A stretch of DNA of 64,000 bases, taken from NCBI RefSeq assembly GCF_009834535.1, contig NC_045701.1, positions 59,892,001 through 59,956,000 on the forward strand, written 5' to 3'. A model generated the notes under the pieces. That model was not told where the DNA came from. It made no database searches and was given only the letters and a program-made list of their open reading frames with translations. Shown here piece after piece: positions 24,270 to 36,529 of this stretch (its first letter is position 1; every line of letters begins with the position of its first letter). The translations under genes were made by a program, and so were the position numbers. The DNA is from Camelus ferus. Its lineage: Eukaryota.

Positions 24270-25735
24270 CTGTTTTTTAAATAAACTTTTTATTTCAGAA
24301 TAGCTTCAGATTTACAGAAACATTGCAAAGCTAATAACAGAAGTTTTTGTATTCTCTTCACCCAAGCTCCTCTATTGGTATCATCTTATAGTACCTTGGT
24401 ACCTTTGTCACAGCTAAGAAATGAACGTTGTATACGACCATTAACTGAATTCTGCATGCTTCATCTTTCACTGGTTTTTCCACTAATGTCCTTTTTCTGG
24501 TCCAAGATCCCATTTAGGATGCTGCATTAGTTATCACGTCTTTTTTGGCTCCTCTTGGCTGTGATAGTTTCACAGACTCTGCATGTCTTTTTTAAAAAAA
24601 ATTTTTTAATTGGATAAATTTGATATGTAACATTGTGTAAATTTAAGGTATACAGCCTGGTGTCGCTTTGATACATTTATATATTGTAATATGTTTGCCA
24701 TTGTAATGCTATTTATCACGTTATATACTTACAGTATAATGTTATTGTCTATATTCCATATACTGTGTATCAGATCTCTGCAGTTTATTTAGTACTCATT
24801 ACAAGTTCTTACTGTTAAACATCACCAATCATCCGCTCCTGCCATCCACTGGTAACCACTGTTTTATTCCCTGTTTATTTACAGGCTTGACTTTTTAAGA
24901 TTCCACATACAAGTGGTATCATACAGTGCTTGTGCTTCTCTCTGACTTATCTCACTTGGCATAATGTGCTCAAGGTCCATCTACATTGTTGCAAATGGCA
25001 GGATTTCCTTCTTTCTCCTGGCTGAGTAATATTCCACTGTGTGTATGTACATCTTTTTTTATCCATTCACCCACTGGTAGACATTTGAGTTGTTTCCACA
25101 TGTTGGCTATTGTGAAGAATGCTGCAATAAACATGGGAGTGTATCTGTCTACAGTTTTTGTTTCCTTTGGGTTTATACCCAGAAGTGAAATTGCTGGATC
25201 ACATGATAGATCTATTTTTAATTTTTTGAGGACCTTCCATATTGTTTACCAGATTGGTTGGACTAATTTATGTTCCCACCAACAGTGTGTAAGGGTTCCC
25301 TTGTTACTACCACCTTGCCAGTGCCTGTTGCGTGTTGTCTTCTTGGTGATGGCCATTCTAACATGGGTGAGGTGACATCTCATTGTTGTTTTTAGTTGCA
25401 TTTCCCTAGATTTGTCTTGTATTTCATGATTTGGACAACTTAAGAGTACCTGGTTGGCTATTGTGGTAGAACATTCCTCAATTGGGGTTCTTCTGATGTT
25501 TTTCTCAGGATGAGACTGGGGGGAAGACCCCAGAGCTGCACTGCTATTCTCATCACATCATCTCAGCAGGTACGTGCTGGCAGGATGACTTATTGCTGTT
25601 GATGCTGACCTTGCTCACCTGGCTGAGATGGTGCTTCCCAGGTTTCTCTGTTGTCAATTTACTTCCCCCTCTTCATTTTTCATACTCAGTTCTTTGGGAG
25701 CAAGTCCCTAAGTGCAGCTGCATTCTCGGGGGCCT
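24270..25735 (-). mobile_element. L1MC4-like 3' UTR split by a younger L1
   Basis: L1MC phrases before (ACTTTTTATTTCAGAATAGCTTCAGATTTACAGAAA...CCAAGATCCCAT) and after (CCTCAATTGGGG...TCTCATCACATCAT...GACCTTGCTCACCTGGCTGAG) the insert. Confidence 0.75.
24595..25410 (-). mobile_element. 5'-truncated L1 (L1MA/MB-like) ORF2 end plus 3' UTR, nested
   Basis: GCTGAGTAATATTCCACTGTGTG...TTGGCTATTGTGAAGAATGCTGCAATAAACATGGG...CCCAGAAGTGAAATTGCTGGATCA...TGAGGTGACATCTCATTGT, with a T-rich tail at about 24590-24610. Confidence 0.9.
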
Positions 25736-27819
25736 ACTGAGTTTCTTAATCTGTATTTGGTAAATTGGCGGGGTCCTTATGCATACCAAAACTTATGCCA
25801 GTACTGTTTCTCTGAGCCAAAGTCAGGCTTTCTCAGCAGGATCTCACCTCCTGACAAACTCACACACTCTCGCAGGCAATTTGTACACTTGCCAGATTGC
25901 TAGGCCTTCACGCTGTCATTTTAATCATGCTTTTATAGTGACCCCTCTGCATCAAAATCCACTTTTACGAGGGTAAACACCACAGTGTTCTGGCACTAGG
26001 AAAATGCTCTCTCCATTAAATTTCAGTGGATTTGCACTGGATTTTGTTTTGATCTGAGTCCTGAAAAGGAACGCGTGGCTCACAGGACAGTCAGTGTTTG
26101 GCGGGGTGGGGGGTGTAGATTCACGTGGGCTTGTAATTGCCTGTGCAGTCCTAGCTCTGGACCGTCCTGTTGGGAAATCAAACGCTTAGAACTTATTTCT
26201 GTTTTACCACTGCGTCTCACACTGTGGGCTTGGGAAATTCATTCTTGCCTCCTGGGACCTCAGTATTGCCACCTGCCAAATGGAGAGGGCAACACGGGTC
26301 CCTAGCAGGGCATCCTGCTGGTGTATATTTTGGTCCAGGACAAGTGTATTGAAAAGCTTTTAATAAGTCATCTAAATACTTCATAACCGGGATCAGACGG
26401 ACTAAAGATGGGCAGCTCTTGATGTCAGAGGTGATGTGCTACGAAGACTCTGGGGCACAGAACTCCTCCTCTGTCCCCTGACGGGGAGCCTGGGTGCATG
26501 ACAGCGGCTGTGAGCTCTCCGAGGTTCTGGGAGAGACAGCTCTACTTACACCTGAGCAGGTGTTGTCTGCTCTGTTACTGCAGCAGTAACACGGAATCTT
26601 TCCTCTTTTTTTTTTTTTTAATCAACTTATAAAAATCAAAAAGGCAAAGCAGCATTCTCTGGTGTAAATGTATAAATGTTTTTGAAAATAATAAATATAA
26701 TCTCCAGAGTGGGAGTGGTCCTAATGAGAACCAAAATACCTATGTCAACCAATATGGCTCAGAGAACAAACTGACAAAATGAAAATCACCTGCTAAAGTC
26801 TGGCAGTCCCTTTAAGACCCTGCTACAGTCTTAACCATAGGTGAGTTACACCATGTCAAGTTCTCAGTACTCACAGGCTCTTTGAACCAATAAGCATCTT
26901 TTGGCCTCCACTCTAAGCCAGGCACTGTGTTAGTTATTCATCCTAATGAGCATGAAAAATATTGTTCTAAGTGTCAACACTACCTTCATAACTCTTTAAA
27001 ATCTTTTCAATACAATGGTCCTGGACCAAAATATACATCTTCAAGCCAAAGATTATATTTTTCCTTGGCCACACCCTTCAGCACGTCATCTTTTCTTTCC
27101 CACAATCTGCCCTGGCCTCGAAGAGAGTCAGGAGAGGAAAGTGTTTGTGGGATGTTGCAGGTCAGCCAAATAGAAAGGATGTGACCCCTTGATGTGGGTC
27201 TGTGATATTTCACTTGGTTTATAGCAGGCTGGGGTGACAGATGTGTATGGGGCAACCATGTCATACTCCTTTTGCTTTCCTTAGTCACAAAAATGTGCCA
27301 GAAAACTAGGTGGTATTGTGGAGAGACTGAGGAATTATGTATTTGGCAGTGGTTGGCAGACGATGGTTATATTTAAAGCTCCTGAGTTCTCTGAAGTTAT
27401 CTCTTGTGAAGCAAACATCTGAGCTTTTGGTCAAACTGACAAAGGCCTAAATTTTATGTCTAGGGCTTGTCTTGTCCTATATGCTGAGTGAGCCATTGGC
27501 TGATAATGGCAGAGGCTCCCCTACCCAAGAATATTCTATCCACCACACCCACCACCTCCTATTACCACCATCACCTCCCACCAACATACCTTTCTCAGAT
27601 GTCTTTGGCTGCCACCAGTAGTCTCTGAACAGTGCAAGTTCTAGTGAAATATACATTTACTGAAATGGGTAATGCTTTGGTCCACCATTGGCCATTAGCA
27701 GACTGAATTTGTTTATCAGATTAACTTAGCCCACTCTGCAAGGACCAGACAGAATAAGAGGACAGGTTCTAGAAAAATCCAGAACAACAATAAAAAATTG
27801 AGATCGATTGAAAAGACAG

Positions 27820-28040
27820 AACAGTGGTGAATCATGTCCTTAAGAGTCAGACTGCTGCCCTCACATTATAAGCTGCCAGTTCCATGACTTCTTACCGCTT
27901 CAGCTTCTCCATTTGTACGACAGGAATAATGATAAGAGTACCTACCTCGTAAGATTGCAGTTGTGAGGATTAAATGAGGACATCTGTAGGTGAGTGCATA
28001 GGAATGCCTGGCATACAGCAAGTGCTTAATAAATATTACA
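27820..28040 (+). mobile_element. MIR SINE
   Basis: CTTCAGCTTCTCCATTTGT...TACCTACCTC...GTTGTGAGGATTAAATGAG...TGCCTGGCATACAGCAAGTGCTTAATAAAT. Confidence 0.85.
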
Positions 28041-29029
28041 TCTTGGAAAGAGACTTGAGCAACCAGATGTTAGCACCAGAGCCCTGGCAACCTTGGTGAT
28101 GTGGAGGGGAAGAAGAAACATCCCAGAGCCAAACACACTCACAAATAAAGACTCACATTCATTTTACTAGAAACTGGTTTCCATCCCTAAGTGGATGGAA
28201 ACTTGTAAACTCTTCTTGTCAATCCTCCCTCGGATACCTTCCAAGATTCCATCCACAATCAACAAAGGTATTATCTGCCTCAGTTTCTGGGGAGAGTATC
28301 ATTTTACCCTTAAACCAGAAGTGGGGACCCCCTGGGTCTTCTGTCTCATGGGTCAAGTGCGGTCAAGTTTTCCATTCATTTCACAGGGAGGACGTGGCTG
28401 AGACCACACCCACACCCAGTCGCTGCAGTAGCTTGGGTGATAAGTAATTCAGTAATTCGACTATTGAACCTCCAGGAGACAAGAATTGCTTGAGTCCAGT
28501 ACAGACACAAGGACAGAAACAAGGTCAAAAGTTGAAGCTTGGAAGACAGAAAGAAAAGGAATCTTTTCAAGTCTAGACAGCATATTAACAGCAAGGGCTT
28601 AATGTGTTGCTCTGTTTATAGGAACTTTTTGCTGACAGCGGTGAATCTGAGCCCTTTTTTTTTCCCCATCATGCAAGTTCCCTTCTGCTGTGTCGTTAAA
28701 AGCCACCTCTTTGGCCGTGAGCCCTTGGAGGACTGGCAATCAGAAGCTGTGGCTGGGGTCTGTGGGGCAGGGGGAAACGGGAATGGGAAAAAACAAGCAG
28801 AGGGTTTATATTTTGGGGGTTGAAGGTGAATTCATCACATTAGTCTCATAGCTGCTCACAGCTGTATTTTAGTCCTCCCATGACTTTTTCTAGAAATGTT
28901 ATGGTAATAAACGAGGGAATAGGCAGACCATCAAACATTTTCTATATGCTTTTATTTTCCTAAGGAAAACAGTTTGTGAAAGATCTTTTCTTTCATTTTT
29001 AATCATTTTAAAAATCATGAAATGATGTT

Positions 29030-29800
29030 GGTTAGAGTGTTGGGCAGTAGCCTATGGGAGTATAAATCCATCTCACCCTTCTGGAAGGCAATTAGGCAGT
29101 GCATAATAAAGTGCCATCACAAAGGCCATATTCTTGACCCATCACTAGGACTTTATACTGTGGGAATAGTAGTATAAATATCTATATGAGAGAATGTTCC
29201 TCACAGAGTTATTTATAATAACCCCCCCAAGTGGAAATGATCGAAACACTGAAACAGGGGACAGGTTAACTAGAATACAATGGGAATGCCAAACAGCCAC
29301 TCAAAGCCTTACTTAGCAAAGTATGTAATAGCAGCGAGACGTAAGGCAGGGCTTAATTTCACAGACTTCCGAGGCTTTGAACTTGAGCTGCTATGTGAGG
29401 GTGGTGATTCCAACCTCACAGGGCTGTTTTAAGGACAACTGAAGTAAAGGAGATAAAAATGAGAGTGAAGATGAGACCAGTGTGATTGCTGATGGTGACG
29501 TTGTTGAGTAAAAAAGCAGATTTCAAAACAGAATGGCCAGCATAGTCACAATGTACCATTTATTTAGATATTTTATATATATACACACATGCATATCGTT
29601 GATATGTGTATACGTATAGACATTGTGTACGTACGTATATGATATGCATAGAAAAAATACAGGAAGGATATATACAAAAGGTTAAAAGTAACTAGCTCTG
29701 GGTAGTGGAATTATAGGTGAATTTAATTTTCTTATTTTTATGTATTTTTCAAATTTTAAAATTCTGAATATATATATGGCTTTTGTCATCAGAAGACTTC
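29030..29800 (+). mobile_element. L1ME-like 3' end fragments
   Basis: CTTCTGGAAGGCAATTAGGCAG...; AAAAAAGCAGATTTCAAAACAGAATG; CTCTGGGTAGTGGAATTATAGGTGAATTT. Confidence 0.6.
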
Positions 29801-31699
29801 ATACAACCAAGAGTAAAAGGCACCATTTTAACCCTGATATTAAAAATGCTAAATCTGTTCTTTGTGAAGAACAAGAATCTATAAGGGGGTGGGTTCAAGT
29901 CCATCGTACAAGACTCTTTAACCTGGAGAGAGACCGCAGGAGGGACTTGATCTCCTGGAGGCGTCCAGCTGTTGGAACGAAGTTCCCCTGTAGTCAGAGA
30001 CCGCAGCTGTGGGACCCGCCGGCCACTGTTCACCTGAGGCACCTGCAGGAGTGGACAGGTTCCTCTCATTTGTGTATGGGGCTCTGGTTACATAAGCCGC
30101 TTGCTGTTTGCGTAAATGGCTACTTTACCCTGTTCTGAATTGGAAGGAGTCTATTTGATAGAACAGTTTATATAACCGAAATCTGAGACTGAAGGAAGGA
30201 TTTGGCCGGGACTGTTGATTGCATTGGAGGATGGGTTGGAAAGGAAACTTCCAGAGTGAGAGGCTCTTATTTTGAGGCAGTGAATGAGAACAAACTGTCC
30301 CCCGTGCTCCACCTAACCACATCAGCACACAGCGGGATCAAGCCCATTGAGAAAAATGGGTTCTGACCCCCTTCCGGGGAGGGAACAGGGCTGTTTCTCT
30401 CCAAGGATCAAACTAGGCTGACACACAGATGCGCAGAGGCCAGGGGGATGCCACATTTCTCAGTCATTCTGTGGCCCGCGCCCCGTTGACATTCCAGCCC
30501 CCTTCTGCTTTTTTTTTTTTTTTTTTTTTAAGCTCAAAAACATTTTCATAAAGGTTTTTTTGGGGTGGGATTTTATTTTTGCAAGAGTGGGTGTGCTTGT
30601 TGTCTTTCTTCCTCTTTGAAAACTATTTCAATTTTTTCCTTTCCTGAATTTTAAGGGTCCTGAGAGTAGAAGTCTGCCAGAATTTGAACATTCTGAGAAA
30701 AAGGATCCAAGATCTTCCTCTCTCAAAAACTGGCTTAGCGAGCATTTTTCCGGCCTTTCTCCCACACCCATTCAGCTTAAACCACGGAGCCTGCGTGGTG
30801 CCGGCCAAGGCCTAGCGCTGTAAGCGCGTACGCTTCCTGTTTTGTCTTTCACCTCATCTGGACCCCGGATGAGACTCAATTCTCATCTCTGAGGCTCTGT
30901 TATTTCAGTCTTTGGTCTCCATGTCACTTAATCAGGAAAATGCTAATTCCTCAGCAGGGAGAAGAAAGTCATAACTCTCTTCTTAGCTTTACATTAAATC
31001 CCCCAGAACCCCCCCAACAAGTAGCCGACGCTCTTCCCTCTATTTTTCCGTCTGTAAAGGAAGAGCTGTAACATGTGTTTAGTCCTCAGACACAGGAATC
31101 CCTGAAAGCCGTTTAGGAATAGTTTAGTTTGTGCCTCGTTATCTCAAAAGGTATAGCGAAAGTATCCGATCATTCAAGCGGCACTCGTCTTAATCAATAC
31201 ATAACAAGTCATGTGTGTGTCGGTCTGTATTTGGAGTAGAAGTGTGCTCTCATAGAAGCACACAGAGCAGAGAAGGTGGATGCAAACTCTGACCACCCCC
31301 GTGTGCTCAGTGGTTTCAGGGGGATCCTGCCACTCCTAGTTCCTTCTCTGTCCCTGCCTCCACCAAAAGGACCCCCTTTGAATTCAGAACCCCACCTCCC
31401 TTAAGAACCTGTCCACATTTCATACCAGAGGGATGGCAGTCTTGTTAAGACAGTTTTTGCAGTGGTGTGACTTGCTAATAAGATTAATCCTGCTGAGGAG
31501 AGTTGCTAATTTTTGTTCTAGGATGTCCGGTATTGTAAGCTTCACCATCAATTTATTAATAGCTTTGAGGGGAGAGGGGAAAAATGATTACATGAATTGT
31601 ACACATTAACAGGGAGATAACATCCCAGGTTCAGGGCAGGAAAACGCATGAGACATTGAGAGCTCTGCCAAGGAGGCATTTGATCACCAGGGATAAATA

Positions 31700-31910
31700 A
31701 GAGTGGAGACTCAGCGAATCACCTGGATAAGATCCCTCCACCACAGTCGGCTGTGTGACCTTGGACAAATGACAGCCTTTCTGTGTCTCAGTTTCCTTGA
31801 TGGTAAAATGGGATAATAGTGCCAATCGCATAGAGTTATTGCAAAGATAAAAGAATTTAATACGTGTAAACTGCCTAGAACAGTTCTTGGTAACCAATCA
31901 ACAAATACTA
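31700..31910 (+). mobile_element. MIR SINE
   Basis: GCTGTGTGACCTTGGACAAATGA...CTGTGTCTCAGTTTCCTTGATGGTAAAATGGGATAATAGT. Confidence 0.85.
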
Positions 31911-32106
31911 GAGTAATTGTTAATCCAGATGAATCTTTATTTTTCTTGTTCCAAACAAATCTGATGAAATATAGAGATCTCCCCAGGAAAAACACAAAAT
32001 CTGTGCAGACAGACAAAACTGATAAACAAGCTCAGGAGTTTTCAAGGCTCTGTGAAGTCCACTCATATTTCTGATCCACTTGGTGGAGTCTGGAGGAAGC
32101 ACCTCA

Positions 32107-32275
32107 GGGCAGCGTGGTGCGGTGGCTCAGAGCCTGGGCTTTGGAGTCAGGCCGTGTGGTTTTGACCCTGACTCAGCCGCTGACCAGCTGTGTGGCCATG
32201 GGCAAGTCCCGTGACCCTCTCTCTACACCCTGTCTCCTCATGTACGAAACGGGCATAACCACAGTACCTGCTCTG
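32107..32275 (+). mobile_element. MIR SINE 5' part
   Basis: GGCAGCGTGGTGCGGTGGCTCAGAGCCTGGGCTTTGGAGTCAGGC...AGCTGTGTGGCCATGGGCAAGTC. Confidence 0.8.
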
Positions 32276-32969
32276 TGGACTTAGCCCACTGATAGGAATG
32301 CGTTCTAGGTAAGAAACTGTGGTAAGGGAGGGAGCAAAGAAATCAACCTGTTATCTGGGGATGGGGATTACCCCGTTGCTCCCAGTCTATTTCCAGACAC
32401 TTCCCCCTTTACACAAGAGCTGGGAATTGACAATCTGGTACCACAATTCTGCAAAATGTCCCCTATAATATGAATCCGGGGAAGAGTAACAGCCATAGCT
32501 ACAAAAATTAAACAGTGAGGTGACATATTTCCAAATATTGAAGAAATTGTTCCTTTACTAAAAGAGTCTAAATAAACGTTCTTAAAATGACAGTGGAGCA
32601 GGGTGGGAAGATCCCAGAACTTGCTTCCGGGAGCTGGTTTGTAAATCCCTCACCAGCCTTAGAGGGCAGAAATGGTGACAACCCTGTTTAAACTCACCCC
32701 CACTGACATCAGTTTTGGACACCAGGAACCTGGTGCATTTTAAGACTTTTCTAAATGTTCTTCAGACCTAGCTTTCAGCAGGTAATGTTTATTTATACAC
32801 ACCACAAATATTTGTTTTTTAAAAAAGGACATAAGGAAATACAGTGAAATGTTAATAGTTGTTATGCCTGGGATGTAGAGATATAGATTATTTGAATTTT
32901 CTTCTTTATATTTGTCTTCACTTTCTGTAATTCATTTTGTGATGAGTATGCATTATTTAAATAATTAAT

Positions 32970-33490
32970 TCAACAATTAGACATTCGTCTATATGAAAGC
33001 TACTCTGCTAGGCCCTGAGAATACAGCATCCATTATCTTCTGATGTCTACAGTCTAGCTGGGACCAAGGCATTGAATAAGTAATTACACTAATAATGCAT
33101 TGCTTCCAATGACAATAGGCCCACTAGAGAGGCCTAGAGGGCTATGAAATCAAGAGGGTCTTGACCTAAGCTCGGAGCTGGGAAGGATTCCCTGAAAAGA
33201 TAATATTAAAGCTAAATCTGAAAGAGCTTCGGAGGAAGAAAGAAAGAGGAAAATATTCCAGGTGTAGAGATTAGCATGTGCAAAGACCCTGAGGCATGGT
33301 GAGTTCAAGTAGCTAAAAGTAGGCCAGCGTGGCTACAGCTTGGGAGAAGGAGGAAATTCAGACTAGGCAAGCGCCAGAGCAAGTCTGGTCTTAGAGATCG
33401 TGTTGATGGGTTTTGCATTTGAGTTTAAGAGAAATAGAAAGCCAGAGTTTTAAGCGGAGGAGTAACATACAGCTATTTCCATTTTGGAAT
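32970..33490 (-). mobile_element. L2 LINE 3' region
   Basis: TGCTAGGCCCTGAGAATACAG...AGCATGTGCAAAGACCCTGAGGC...GAGTTTTAAGCGGAGGAGTAACAT. Confidence 0.8.
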
Positions 33491-34949
33491 TTTTTTTTTA
33501 AAGGAAAACAACCACAGAGGTATTTCAAATCATGTGTTATCAGTAGTTTAGGAGTTCTTAGATTTAGATGTTTAAGGTCAACTCAGTAGACTCACCCTGT
33601 ATATTAAAATATTGGTTAAAGCATTTTTATAATAAGTGGCTGTTTGTGAAACACTAGCTTCCTTGATACAGGGAGTCTGGGACAGAGGCAGGAGCTCTAC
33701 ACTGTGGCCTGGTCTCCCTGCCGGCCCAAGGCCATGGGGCATGCTGGGAACCCCAGGAGCATGAGCCTTCTGTCCTGAAACTTCACATGCCGTGGAAACA
33801 CAAAACGATGCAATTCCCAGACCAGCTTTGGTCAAAATACAGCTGGACAAATGACAGCCTCTAGAGCCTGACATATCGTGAGGGTGTTTTTCAGCTCCAG
33901 GGTTCAGCGTTGAGTCATTGTCATGCCAATTAATGACAGCGTGAGCTCAGGCAGTGACCTCAGGGACTTCTATCCATATGCACCCCAAAATGCTGTCTTC
34001 AGGATACTGACACACTACTGTGGGGTGTACCTTGGCTGTGATGCTTTTGCGTTTATTAAAAAAAAAATTGTTTTTTAAACCACTGTGCTCTGTAACAGAC
34101 GAGATGTTTCCAGCAAATGCTCCTCTCCAGTGATCCTAAATCAGCGGGGTGTGTCCTGACCTCCAGGTCATTTGAACAGCAGGGAACTGCCGAAACCCAC
34201 TCTCACTCCTGGAGTAACTCAGAGCTTTAGTGGGCTCTGGAGCCACGGTAACAGGCATCTGGTGGTCAGCCTTTTCCTGTAATGAGGAGTTATTAAATAT
34301 TCACGTCAGGACTTGGGACTTCTGTCGGCCCTCAACTGGTCTTCCAGCCTGTTCCCTATTATGCCTCACACTTTATATACCCCCCAACACAACAAGAAGA
34401 AACTTGTGAGTGTTCTATAAAACCTGCCACTGATATCAGGGTGGGTCTTTGAGGCTTATGGTTATCCTAATAAAACCAAGGAATGTGTAACAGGCTGTAG
34501 CCAGCAGACCACCAACCACTTTACTGTTGAAGCACAAAAGAAAACCTCCGGGAAACCTCCCGTACCTGAGGCGCAGCGCGTGGCTTGGTCTTAACCCTTG
34601 AAGATTTTGTTATGCCCAACTTAAGACGACATCTGCATGTTACCGGTTTCCCTCCCTGGGATGAGTCTACTAAGTTACACACTTAGACAAGAAATATCTA
34701 TTGATGGAGTGGTTATGAATTACAGATTGGAGGTTACAAATCAGTTCAGGATTTTTTAAACATAAATTCAAACCAGATCTGTGAGGCCAGCTTTTCCTCA
34801 GACAGATAGGCAGCCACACGGCCCTATGAGAAGTGTGAAAGAGGTCTTCTCTGACCCCAGAATCCTCTTTCTTGATCTCTGCCTTTCTCCATGGCTACCT
34901 TCAGGCTCAGGAGCTCAGTGCCCTACCCCTGTCGAAGTAGAAAGGCAGG

Positions 34950-35260
34950 AAAGGACCTGTATCTGCAGGGGAATGGCAGGAGACTCTCAAGAGAGTTAAC
35001 TGAGGAGAACTAAATGAAGTTACTATTTAGCGAGGTGTAGGCTGGTAAAGGGAATTGGTGAGAGGTGGGGCAGCCCTCAGGACTGTCACAAGCAGGGAGC
35101 TGTTCCCACCCCAACTAGGGGCCAGGGTGGCGGAGCCCTTTTGAGAATCCAGGAGGAGAATCCTGTGGCGCTGCCTATAGCAGCCAGCCTCCTGGGGCAC
35201 AGAACAGGCTGTGGAAGCACCGACAATCCACCCAGAGAGGCAAAAAGAAAAGAAGTAGCA
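34950..35260 (-). mobile_element. LTR33-like (ERVL) LTR fragment
   Basis: GAGGAGAACTAAATGAAGTTACTATTTAGCGAGGTGTAGG...GTTCCCACCCCAACTAGG resembles the recalled LTR33 antisense end. Confidence 0.4.
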
Positions 35261-35699
35261 TAGGCTCTGACGACAGATTACGCAGTCTGTTACTCTGCTC
35301 AGACTCTGTGGCAGCCCAAGGCTAAGAAGTATAAAAGAAAAATTGGGGGTCACGCAGTTACCTTGTTTGTAATCTCTGTACTGAAGGGTTTTCCAGCATC
35401 ACTGGGCTGATATGGAAAAGGAGGAAGAAGGGGAAAGAATTCTGTTTCCAGAACCACACCCAGTGGTTGGTGGCCTCTGGTTTGGGGATGTTCAGGGGTG
35501 AGGGAGAGCTTCCAGAGGAGGCAGGGTACACACGGTGCACTAGGTCTTCCGCCGTCCCCAAGCGCTCCCAGCCACCGGACAAACAGGGAGTGCGTGGCAG
35601 CGTATCTGCATCTAGAAGAGCTCTCCCACTAAGCTTATTTAGGTGTCATGAATCCATGCCCCTTGTCTTGGTCCTAAACTTTTGACAAACCTTTTGCAT

Positions 35700-36190
35700 T
35701 TCCCTGCTGGTCTGGCTCCCTCCAAGCCACCATCCTCCACATAATCATCAGGATATTATAGCTAAAAAATAGTAAGTCCCTGCTTAAAATCCTGCTGTGA
35801 CTCCCCATTACCTACAGTGTAGACTGCAGACCCCATGATGGACTCCCAGGTACTTCCACACCCTCACCTCCTTGCCCTTCAGGGATCAGCCACGTCAGTA
35901 ATTTGACACATGAGATTCGTTTGGGGGTCTTCTGCCCCCATCGCCGACCTGCCTGACTTCTACTGGTTATTTTGAGAAGCAGCTTAAGAGTAAGACCTCC
36001 AGCCTGAGATGCAAAGACTCTGCCACCCTGACGCTCCTCCAACACCGCCCCCCTCCAACATCACATTGAGATGTCCCGTTGCCCCACTGGCACTGGGAGC
36101 ACCATCAGGCCGGGACAACGTCCTATTCATTAACTCATCTTCCTAGTGCAGTATCCAGCAAGAGTTTACAATAGAAAACATTTGATGAGC
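35700..36190 (+). mobile_element. L2 LINE 3' region
   Basis: TCCCTGCTTAAAATCCTGCTGTGACTCCCCATTACCT...GGGAGCACCATCAGGCCGGGACAACGTC. Confidence 0.6.
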
Positions 36191-36429
36191 TACACTAAAT
36201 TATGACTTGCCCAAAACAGAGTGCTCCTCCAAAGCAGAGTTTGAAATTTTTTAAACACCGTAAGAACCCAACCTGTATAGGTATTCAATTATGTTTCCTA
36301 CGTCTCTGTCTATATTCTGTCTACACCTCAGCTCCTTAAGAATTGATTTAAATGATAAATCAAATAATTTTGAAAGCTGGTTGATTAAAGGGTGTTTTGG
36401 TAGGGTGACTGGAAAGAATTAGAAAAATA

Positions 36430-36529
36430 GGGGGAGGGTATAGCTCATGTGATAGAGCGCACGCTTAGCATGCACAAGGTCCCAGGTTCAATCCTCAGTA
36501 CCCCCTCCAAAAAAAAAAAAGTAAATAAA
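36430..36529 (+). mobile_element. Vic-1 SINE
   Basis: tRNA-Ala-like head, A12 tail, TSD TAGAAAAATA at 36420-36429 and 36530-36539. Confidence 0.9.

Noticed and set aside
36433-36508. tRNA-Ala(AGC)-like sequences (also at 6604, 17030, 59872)
   Set aside because: A-rich tails, TSDs and broken stems mark them as Vic-1 SINEs, not tRNA genes.
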